A stretch of 64,000 nt of DNA from Nitrososphaeria archaeon (lineage in GTDB: Archaea > Thermoproteota > Nitrososphaeria > Nitrososphaerales > JACAEJ01): positions 11,283 through 75,282 of the forward strand of contig JARVKB010000009.1 of NCBI GenBank assembly GCA_029775925.1. The letters are read 5' to 3'. Shown piece after piece: positions 57,209 to 64,000 of the stretch (its first letter is position 1; each line of letters opens with the position of its first letter). A model generated the notes under the pieces. That model made no database searches and had not been told where the DNA came from. It saw only the letters and a program-made list of their open reading frames with translations. Made by a program: the position numbers and the translations under genes.

Positions 57209-58054
57209 ATGAACGTCTTCAAAAAGAACGGAAAGGTTCTTGTGAGTATTGTAAAAGCTGATGGTAACCTTAAAGATAGCATAAAAAAGGCTGTAAATTT
57301 GATAGGTGGATGGGATAGGTTAAATTTAAAAGGCAAGATAGTTCTTTTAAAGCCCAACTATAATTCAGCAGACGATTATCCAGCATCATCAGATCCAGAG
57401 TTTATAAAAGCAGTAATAGAGTTAGTTTATGAGAATGGAGCAGATAAAGTGATAGTAGGAGAATCATCGATGATGACCTTAGATACGATGAGTGTTCTTA
57501 AGTCTAAAGGGCTGGTAGAAATAGCAAATAAGACCAATGCAGATCTATATTCTTTTGATGATCATGATTGGATAGATGTTAATGTACCAAATGGCAAGTA
57601 TTTAAAAAAAGCAAGCATACCAAAGATCATGAAGGAAGTGGATAAATTAATCTTCCTCCCTTGTCTAAAGACTCATTCCTTGGCAAAATTTACAATGAGC
57701 ATAAAATTGACGATGGGTGCTATAAAAAAGGCGGAGCGAGTTTGGATACATTTAAGGAAAAGAGAAGAAAAGATCGCTGAGCTGGCAAGCCTATTTCAAC
57801 CAGATTTAATAATAATGGATGGGAGAAAGTGCTTCATAAAAGGAGGACCCTTTCATGGAGATGTTAGAGAGCCAGGATTGATTCTTGCTAGTTGGGATAG
57901 AATTGCCATAGATGTAGAAGGTATAAAAATAATAAAAGGGGTTGAAGGAAATAGCTTAAAGAAAGATCCTTGGGATTATGCACAAATAAGAAGAGCTGTA
58001 GAGCTAGGCATAGGGGTGAAGAGTGAAGAAGACTACGAAGTAATTTATGGTTAA
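57209..58054 (+). CDS. DUF362-domain protein
   Basis: VLLKPNYNSADDYPASSDPEFIKAVIE ... LKTHSLAKFT ... IIMDG is the DUF362 pattern. Confidence 0.6.
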   Translation: MNVFKKNGKVLVSIVKADGNLKDSIKKAVNLIGGWDRLNLKGKIVLLKPNYNSADDYPASSDPEFIKAVIELVYENGADKVIVGESSMMTLDTMSVLKSKGLVEIANKTNADLYSFDDHDWIDVNVPNGKYLKKASIPKIMKEVDKLIFLPCLKTHSLAKFTMSIKLTMGAIKKAERVWIHLRKREEKIAELASLFQPDLIIMDGRKCFIKGGPFHGDVREPGLILASWDRIAIDVEGIKIIKGVEGNSLKKDPWDYAQIRRAVELGIGVKSEEDYEVIYG

Positions 58055-58093
58055 GAATAAAATTTAAATTAACGCAAAGCTTTTTTGATAAGG

Positions 58094-58930
58094 ATGAATA
58101 AACCTAAGAATTTAAAACTTAATGAAGATGAAGAGCTTTTAAAATCTTTAAGGCCACATCCTCTTGCCTTTTTAGACTTTTATGCAATATTTTTATATGT
58201 GATAATTATAAGCTCATTCTTCATTTTTTATAGAGAGGATATAATAGCATGGTTGGAGAATATCTACCTTCTAGGTCTATTAAAAGATCAAATTTTTATC
58301 TTGATTTGGAGTGCCTTGATCATAGTACCTTTTCTTGCGATTGCAATTTTAAAGATAACATGGAGATGGTTCTTTTTCGCTATAATCTTGGTCTTTACAG
58401 GAATAGCTTTAGTATTCTTATATAATTTACCATCATATTATATGCAAATGCCATCAATTGTTGCAAGTATTTTAGGATTGATCCTAACAGAATTTTATCG
58501 AAGAGGGCATGCATTCTACATTACAGATCAAAGAATAATATCTGAACTGAGATTTTTATCATATAAAAGGCGTGAGTTGACTTATGGCAAGATTAACGAT
58601 CTCGCCCTCACAAAAGGAGTTCTTGGTCGAATATTTAACTATGGAACTATATTTCCTATAACTGCATCAGGTTTTGGATTAGGGGAAGACTTAGCAGCTG
58701 CTACCGTTGGAGTGGGCGCTTCTTCAAAGAAAGGAGTTGGAGGAGGAATAGCAGTAAGTGGTGGAAGAACGGTATCTATCCCAAGAGGAAGGAGTTCTTA
58801 TGTTTTATTTGGGGTTAGTAATCCAGACGAGGTTTATTCATTAATTTCAAAGCATATCCATGGATATGAAGAAGCACCTTATTTGAAGAAGATTTTAGAA
58901 GAGTTAAAATCTCAAAAAGAGAAAGGTTAA
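58094..58930 (+). CDS. Membrane protein with a bacterial-type PH (bPH_2/YdbS-like) domain and a Gly-rich tail
   Basis: TM helices, then FYITDQRIISELRFLSYKRRELTYGKINDLALTKGVLGRIFNYGTI, then a GVGASSKKGVGGGIAVSGG tail. I preferred the ATG at 58094. Confidence 0.55.
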   Translation: MNKPKNLKLNEDEELLKSLRPHPLAFLDFYAIFLYVIIISSFFIFYREDIIAWLENIYLLGLLKDQIFILIWSALIIVPFLAIAILKITWRWFFFAIILVFTGIALVFLYNLPSYYMQMPSIVASILGLILTEFYRRGHAFYITDQRIISELRFLSYKRRELTYGKINDLALTKGVLGRIFNYGTIFPITASGFGLGEDLAAATVGVGASSKKGVGGGIAVSGGRTVSIPRGRSSYVLFGVSNPDEVYSLISKHIHGYEEAPYLKKILEELKSQKEKG

Positions 58931-59610
58931 GAGATCAAAGGATATATCTCATTTATTACATAATTTAAGAAGTCATCTTTCTCCACTCTACTGAATATTG
59001 TCACTACCCCATCCCTTGTTATCCCTACTATGAAGCCATACCTTTTTGGCTTTATCACTATATACCATACATTACCATGATTACAATAATCATTGTACAA
59101 TGTTGTATCTGCCAAGCTTGAACCATAAAGAGATAATTTTTTAACATTAGGAATATCAACATCGTTAAAGAATACTACTTTTGTATCCTCAAAGTTCTGC
59201 TCATGAAAATTTCTCATTTTTTCTGGAGCGATTCTCGCCTCTACTATATGCCCTGTAGTCAAGAACAATATTTTGCTCATCTGATTCGCAATGCTATTTG
59301 CTTGCATCTTTTTCTCCAATATAGTTAAAAATATTTTATCATTATAATTGGAGAAGATAAAAGGAGCTTCTATAGTTTTAACTGTTGGTACTTTTTCCCC
59401 TCTATGATATATCATAATGACTTGATCTTGTGAATATTTTCCTTCAAGAGCATTTATAACCATCTTCATATCACTTATCTCTGTTATCAGCTTCAATTCA
59501 CGATCATCGAACTTTTGAATTTCTTCAGTCTTAAAATCCTTGAGTTTTGATGCTATTGTGTCTATATCGATTTCTTCTTTAACAACGAAGACCTTCCCTG
59601 CAGTCACCAT
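58927..59610 (-). CDS. Hypothetical protein (227 aa), no recognisable motif
   Basis: Long ORF with coding-like composition. It is divergent from the MBL/SMC-like gene string. Confidence 0.4.
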   Translation of the reverse strand: MVTAGKVFVVKEEIDIDTIASKLKDFKTEEIQKFDDRELKLITEISDMKMVINALEGKYSQDQVIMIYHRGEKVPTVKTIEAPFIFSNYNDKIFLTILEKKMQANSIANQMSKILFLTTGHIVEARIAPEKMRNFHEQNFEDTKVVFFNDVDIPNVKKLSLYGSSLADTTLYNDYCNHGNVWYIVIKPKRYGFIVGITRDGVVTIFSRVEKDDFLNYVINEIYPLIS

Positions 59611-59671
59611 GCTTTTATCTTTGATAAATTAGTTTAAATGCCTTTTAGAATATAATTAAAGTGTTTCTAAA

Positions 59672-60286
59672 ATGATATTTGTCCAAATGCTTATCGGTGA
59701 AATGAAGAATTTTACATATTTGATAGGGGATGAAGATTCTGGTCTTGCTGCTGTCGTAGACCCAGCTGGCGATGTTGATAGAATATTGAAAGAAGCTAAA
59801 ATACGTAATCTAAAAATAGCATACATAATAAATACTCATGCTCACTTCGATCATGTAATGGTAAATGAAGGAATAGCATTAAGGACAAAGGCTAAGATAA
59901 TAATGCATGAAAAATCAAAAGCCATGAAGGATTTATCTGTAAGAGATGGTGATGTGATAGAGGTAGGAAAATTAAAGATCAAAGTCATTCACACACCTGG
60001 CCATTCTCCTGAGAGCATATGCCTTTTAATTGAAAAAAAGCTGTTAACTGGCGACACTCTTTTCGTAGGAAGCTGTGGCAGGACTGATTTACCAGGAGGT
60101 AATCCTGAAGAATTGTACCATAGTCTATTAAAATTGATGAATCTGGACGATAGTATCGAGATTTATCCTGGTCATGATTATGGGGAGAAGCCTTACTCAA
60201 TGATAGGTTATGAGAAAAGATACAATTATGCTTTGAATTTTAATACAAAAAAGGATTTTATTAGATTTATGAGAGGCTCTTTTTAA
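59672..60286 (+). CDS. MBL-fold metallo-hydrolase (glyoxalase II-like)
   Basis: NTHAHFDH (HxHxDH), HTPGHSP, TGDTLF and PGHDYG motifs. Confidence 0.85.
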   Translation: MIFVQMLIGEMKNFTYLIGDEDSGLAAVVDPAGDVDRILKEAKIRNLKIAYIINTHAHFDHVMVNEGIALRTKAKIIMHEKSKAMKDLSVRDGDVIEVGKLKIKVIHTPGHSPESICLLIEKKLLTGDTLFVGSCGRTDLPGGNPEELYHSLLKLMNLDDSIEIYPGHDYGEKPYSMIGYEKRYNYALNFNTKKDFIRFMRGSF

Positions 60287-60314
60287 GTTTAACATTATTA
60301 TATGGTGATAAGCC

Positions 60315-62243
60315 TTGAGCATATTGTCAGGAAAGAAGTCAAAAGCGTCAGTAACTATAAACGAGATAATACTGGAAAATTTTATGTCTTACGAATATGC
60401 AAGAATTCCATTAAAGCCTGGGCTGAATATAATCTGTGGCCCGAATGGGGCAGGAAAATCCTCGATACTTATTGCTATATCCGTGGTTTTAGGTCAGACA
60501 TACACTGAAAGGAGCAGAAAGTTAAGTGATCTTATAAGGCATGGGAAAGAAATAGCAAGGGCAACTTTGATCTTTGACAATAAACCAAAGGATGGCAAGA
60601 AACCAATACCGTTCATAAAATCAGATACATTTATGCTCTCTCGATATTTGAGGAAGGATGGTTCCTATTGGTATGAGGCAGATTATCACGAGATAGATAA
60701 GAGCCAAGTTATAAGGCTGTTTAGAGAGTTTGGCATAAACCCTGATAACATGCTCATAATAATGCATCAGAACATGGTAGAAGAGTTCAGTATCATTTCA
60801 CCACAAGAAAAACTGAAGATGGTAGAAGAGGCAGTGGGCTTTCAAGATTACAGGAGAAAAATATTAGAGGCTGAAGATAAACTTTCAGGTTTGATAAGTG
60901 AAGAGGAATCAACACTAAAAGCTCTTGAGAGTGCTGAGCAAACTCTGAATTATTGGAAAGAAGTTTATGAGAAGAGCCTTATCAGAAAAGAGCTCATCAC
61001 GAAAAAAGGATTTTTAGAAAGAGAAGCCATATGGGCTCAGATAATAAAGCATGAGAGAATATTATCATCTCTAAAAGATAAGCTAAAGAATAAAGTGAAA
61101 ATTTTTGAGGATATTGAATCAAGAATAGAACAGACGAAAGAATTTATAAAAAAATCTTATGAAAAAATTACTCTTCAAAAGATGGAGCAAAGAAAGCTTT
61201 ACTATTCTTTGCTCGAGCTTGAGAAGGCTATAACAGAGATTCAAGTAACTGAGAGTTTGTTAAATCAATTAAATGTAGAGCCTACGGGAAGACTGGCAGA
61301 GAAAGTAAAGAGCTTCAATAATAGTAAGAGAGAGATCGAAGATAAAATTTCTAAGATTCAGATAGAGTTGAGCAATTTAGATAAAGAAATTAATTTAAGT
61401 CTAGAGAAGTATGTCAACCATAGGGTCAACGAAGCTTTATTGAACTTTAGAAAGAAGAACTTAGAAGATGAGATAGACGATATAAAAAGAGAGATAGAAG
61501 ATGAGGAGAAGAAATTCGATGAGTTAGCTCCTTTAATGGAGAAGGCTGGTAAGAGAATAGAGACTGAAAGAAATTTTATAGAGATAGATGCTGAAATCAA
61601 GATATTAGATGCTCAAATTCAATCCCTCGGAGCCATACCTGAAGAAGCGGAAGAGATGTATAAAGCCTATTTAAAGACCTTCAATGAATTAAAGGAAAGG
61701 GCAGGTATACTATCTGAAAACAGGAAAAGGGCTTCTTTAGAGCTGGATGAGAGGAAAGAAGTTTGGAGGAAAGTTTTACAAAAGCTCATAGATGAAGTAA
61801 ATCCTTCATATCAAAGCATATTATCAAAGATCAACGCTTCAGGTAGTGTAAGGCTTATCGATTTAGAAGATTTAGAGACAGCAGGCTTAGAACTTTTGGT
61901 GGGTTTCAGGGGAAGTATGCAATATGTTTTAGACGCTTACACTCAAAGTGGCGGTGAGAGAACAGTAGCCATAATGGCTTTTCTTTTATCTTTACAGCAG
62001 CATATCATGTCCCCTTTTAGGGCTGTAGATGAGTTTGATGTTCATATGGATCCGAGAAACCGTGAAGCCATATTCAAAGTCATAGCCTCAACTATTAAAG
62101 AGAGTAAAGATGTACAGTATCTTATGATTACACCTAGCCAGATCGCTATTACTGAGCATGATGCTCATGTGATATTGGTTCAAAATGTTCAAGGAAAGTC
62201 TGAAGTAAAGGTAGTGAGGGAGTTTGCAAAGGGTAAAGGTTAG
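60315..62243 (+). CDS. SMC-family ABC ATPase with short coiled coil; head motifs SMC5/6-like
   Basis: Walker A NIICGPNGAGKSS; Q-loop region IIMHQNMVEEF; a heptad-rich middle of about 320 aa; signature QSGGERT; Walker B/D-loop FRAVDEFDVHMD; LMITPSQ in place of the H-loop. TTG start. Confidence 0.7.
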   Translation: MSILSGKKSKASVTINEIILENFMSYEYARIPLKPGLNIICGPNGAGKSSILIAISVVLGQTYTERSRKLSDLIRHGKEIARATLIFDNKPKDGKKPIPFIKSDTFMLSRYLRKDGSYWYEADYHEIDKSQVIRLFREFGINPDNMLIIMHQNMVEEFSIISPQEKLKMVEEAVGFQDYRRKILEAEDKLSGLISEEESTLKALESAEQTLNYWKEVYEKSLIRKELITKKGFLEREAIWAQIIKHERILSSLKDKLKNKVKIFEDIESRIEQTKEFIKKSYEKITLQKMEQRKLYYSLLELEKAITEIQVTESLLNQLNVEPTGRLAEKVKSFNNSKREIEDKISKIQIELSNLDKEINLSLEKYVNHRVNEALLNFRKKNLEDEIDDIKREIEDEEKKFDELAPLMEKAGKRIETERNFIEIDAEIKILDAQIQSLGAIPEEAEEMYKAYLKTFNELKERAGILSENRKRASLELDERKEVWRKVLQKLIDEVNPSYQSILSKINASGSVRLIDLEDLETAGLELLVGFRGSMQYVLDAYTQSGGERTVAIMAFLLSLQQHIMSPFRAVDEFDVHMDPRNREAIFKVIASTIKESKDVQYLMITPSQIAITEHDAHVILVQNVQGKSEVKVVREFAKGKG

Positions 62244-63015
62244 CGTAGAAGATTTGATAAGGATCGTCGAGTTATGTAGAACTGTAGAAAGGGAAGGAAT
62301 CGACCCCTTTGAAGTTAATGTGAGGGCTTATCTTGAAAAGCTGAAAAAGTATCTTCCTCATTGGAAGCTATTGGATGAGTTGCTCTTAGATGTAGAGGCC
62401 ATTAATGCCATATCATCAATAATAAAGCTACAGAGTGATTGGATAAAGAGTCGCTCATCATCTCTCTATATAGATCCAATATTCGTTGAGCTGAAGATAA
62501 GGATGTTAGATCAAAAGATGATAGCTGAAGCCTTCCTCAATTCTTGGCACCCTATAGTTGCAATAGATCAAATCTTTTCTCAAAAACTAAAAGAAGCCAT
62601 AGATTATTGGAATAATCTTTTACCATTAAGTGAAAGATGGAGGGAAGACTTCAGTCCAAGTACTCCTATTGGAACTTTTGATATGGATGATCTGATCGAG
62701 CTTAAACTCATCTCCTTGAAAGATTTTGATGAAAAAATGAAGAGATTGCTAGAGGAATTAAGGAGCAAATTAAAAGATAATGATAAAATCGATTATTGGG
62801 ATTTTGTTTGTGCAGATACTTTTGAAGAGACTTTAGAAAGAGCATATATTACAAGCTTTATATTGACAGAGGGCTATGCAACTCTTTTGATAGATCCATT
62901 GGAAGAGAGAATATTTATAACTCTTATAAAAAAATCAAGGAAGAGCATACCATGCTCTTTACCTATAGCAATAGACTATGAGAATTGGAAGAATCTTAAG
63001 GAGAGAAAGAATTGA
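62224..63015 (+). CDS. Kleisin-like (ScpA/Nse4-like) protein
   Basis: N-terminal helical segment (VEDLIRIVELCRTVEREGIDPFEVNVRAYLEKLKKYL...AINAISSIIKLQSDWIK). C-terminal WH-like ERAYITSFILTEGYATLLIDPLEERIFITL. The layout and size match ScpA. It overlaps the SMC-like gene by 20 nt. Confidence 0.5.
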   Translation: MQRVKVSVEDLIRIVELCRTVEREGIDPFEVNVRAYLEKLKKYLPHWKLLDELLLDVEAINAISSIIKLQSDWIKSRSSSLYIDPIFVELKIRMLDQKMIAEAFLNSWHPIVAIDQIFSQKLKEAIDYWNNLLPLSERWREDFSPSTPIGTFDMDDLIELKLISLKDFDEKMKRLLEELRSKLKDNDKIDYWDFVCADTFEETLERAYITSFILTEGYATLLIDPLEERIFITLIKKSRKSIPCSLPIAIDYENWKNLKERKN

Positions 63016-63566
63016 GCGAAAAAGAAGCAGAGACGAGCATAAAGCTGAAGAGAGCTTCACAGCTACTATTCTTTCAAAGACATAAAAAGCTTGGGTTAAG
63101 GGGATGGGAATTAAAGAAAGTATTGGGCAAGGATTTCATGAGCATAATAGATCTATTGAACTCAGAGCTTGATAAATTGAACCTTCAAGTGAAGATTGTT
63201 TTTGAAGATTTTGAAGCAATCGATAAGCCTTCTGAAGAGCAGATCGATAGAGCAAGATTCTTCATAACGATAAAGAACCCTTTAGCAGTTAGCGATATAA
63301 TATCATCTGGGTGGAGAATAGATGATATAGCTGCTTTAGCAGCAGCTATAGCTTTGATAATATCAAGGCAAGGTAAAGCTCCAAAGAGAGATGTAGAACA
63401 GATCTTAAGAGAAAAATTCCCAAAATGGAGAGTTGATATGAACTTAGATAGATTCATCAAAAACGGCTATCTATCAAAGGATGATAAAGATATCCTTTAC
63501 ATAGGATGGAGAACTAGGGCTGAGATAGATCAAAAGATGCTCATGGACCTATTATTGGCAAAATAA
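63012..63566 (+). CDS. Tandem winged-helix (kite/ScpB-like) protein
   Basis: Two WH-like modules: ASQLLFFQRHKKLGLRGWELKKVLGKD...LQVKIV and IAALAAAIALIISRQGKAPKRDVEQIL...FIKNGYLSKDDKDILYIGWRT. A 4-nt TTGA overlap with the preceding gene. Confidence 0.45.
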   Translation: MSEKEAETSIKLKRASQLLFFQRHKKLGLRGWELKKVLGKDFMSIIDLLNSELDKLNLQVKIVFEDFEAIDKPSEEQIDRARFFITIKNPLAVSDIISSGWRIDDIAALAAAIALIISRQGKAPKRDVEQILREKFPKWRVDMNLDRFIKNGYLSKDDKDILYIGWRTRAEIDQKMLMDLLLAK

Positions 63567-63570
63567 CTAA

Positions 63571-63915
63571 TTAAGTGTACAATCTCCAAGTATGATTGCA
63601 TTTTTCATTAGTGCATCTATAAAATTGGGTAGGAGGTTCATCCCCACTTCTGGTCTGTAATAACCACCAATAAGCTGTTGTATTACCACATTTTGGACAT
63701 TCTACAGTAGCAATAGGTAGCGTCTTTATCTCTTTTGATTCATCCCCAAAAATTTTTATATAGTTGGATGGCGATCTCTCAGACTTACCTGTAACCTTCT
63801 CTATCTTTATGTAAAAACCACAGTTATCACATGCTAAACCTTGAAAAGAACTACCTTCTGTCTTTATCTGCTTAAACTTTAGTCTTGTCCCACATTTTTC
63901 ACAGAACTCCATTTT
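63571..63915 (-). CDS. tfs: Transcription factor S (TFS/RpoM family)
   Basis: N-terminal zinc ribbon MEFCEKCG...CDNCG. C-terminal TFIIS-type ribbon CPKCGNTTAYWWLLQTRSGDEPPTQFYRCTNEKCNHTW with the acidic DE loop. I preferred the ATG at 63915. Confidence 0.8.
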   Translation of the reverse strand, partial: KMEFCEKCGTRLKFKQIKTEGSSFQGLACDNCGFYIKIEKVTGKSERSPSNYIKIFGDESKEIKTLPIATVECPKCGNTTAYWWLLQTRSGDEPPTQFYRCTNEKCNHTWRLYT

Positions 63916-64000
63916 ATTCTCACCTTTTAGCAAAAGCACTCTTTAATTTTGAAAGTAAGTTAGATGTATTCTCAATAGCTTTTGAGCAACTAGAGATCAG

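Noticed and set aside
60302-60508. 68-aa ATG-initiated ORF overlapping the 5' end of the SMC-like gene in another frame.
   Set aside because: The SMC frame contains the Walker A head motif across exactly this region. The other frame has no motif.
60315-62243. Calling the 642-aa ATPase Rad50, with the metallophosphoesterase at 55828..56658 as Mre11.
   Set aside because: There is no CxxC zinc hook. The phosphoesterase is 3.7 kb away on the opposite strand, with unrelated genes between. The downstream partners look like kleisin/WH proteins, and the head motifs (SGGERT, DEFDVHMD, ITP) fit SMC5/6 better.
59672-63566. Interpreting the locus as a Wadjet (JetABCD) or Lamassu defence system.
   Set aside because: I recognised no JetD/Toprim-like or LmuA-like nuclease effector. 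The gene order is SMC-kleisin-kite, unlike JetABC. The flanking genes are housekeeping (TFS, MBL hydrolase). A defence role cannot be fully excluded without profile searches.

Overview
AT-rich archaeal chromosomal segment, densely packed with about 78 supportable coding regions and one tRNA. The archaeal assignment rests on Rpo7/Spt4/TFE/TFS, RadA, the RFC large subunit, a DGGGP-synthase-type UbiA, Taw1, Trm56, ribosomal proteins S24e/S27ae and a multi-intron tRNA. I saw no rRNA, CRISPR array or intact mobile element.

Most of the window is housekeeping:
- F420 (FO) and pyrimidine precursor genes (arfC-like, arfB-like, cofG, cofH)
- molybdopterin genes (moaA, moaB, moaC)
- a trehalose island (treT, a TPP, a TPS-like glycosyltransferase)
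- iron uptake (a DtxR-family repressor, feoA, feoB)
- translation and transcription genes

The most interesting locus is at 60.3-63.6 kb. It is a translationally coupled three-gene operon encoding a short, hingeless SMC-type ATPase, a kleisin-like protein and a tandem winged-helix (kite/ScpB-like) protein. The ATPase head motifs look like eukaryotic SMC5/6 rather than canonical prokaryotic SMC.

Other notable items:
- an initiator-type tRNA-Met whose T-arm can only be assembled by removing two insertions, and whose acceptor stem is extended by a 12-bp leader/trailer helix
- a nucleotidyltransferase plus kinase-like fusion coupled to an HExxH protein
- a frameshift-truncated membrane protein built from an internal repeat
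- two paralogous membrane-anchored wHTH proteins
- a small classical-spacing C2HC zinc-finger ORF that the ORF track missed
- a candidate operator palindrome in front of the DtxR-feoAB genes
- a Csa3-like CARF regulator cut by the left window edge

All functional calls come from motif and architecture recognition by eye. No database search was run. ORF-track coordinates include the stop codon. Many track starts are TTG or GTG, so exact start codons are uncertain.
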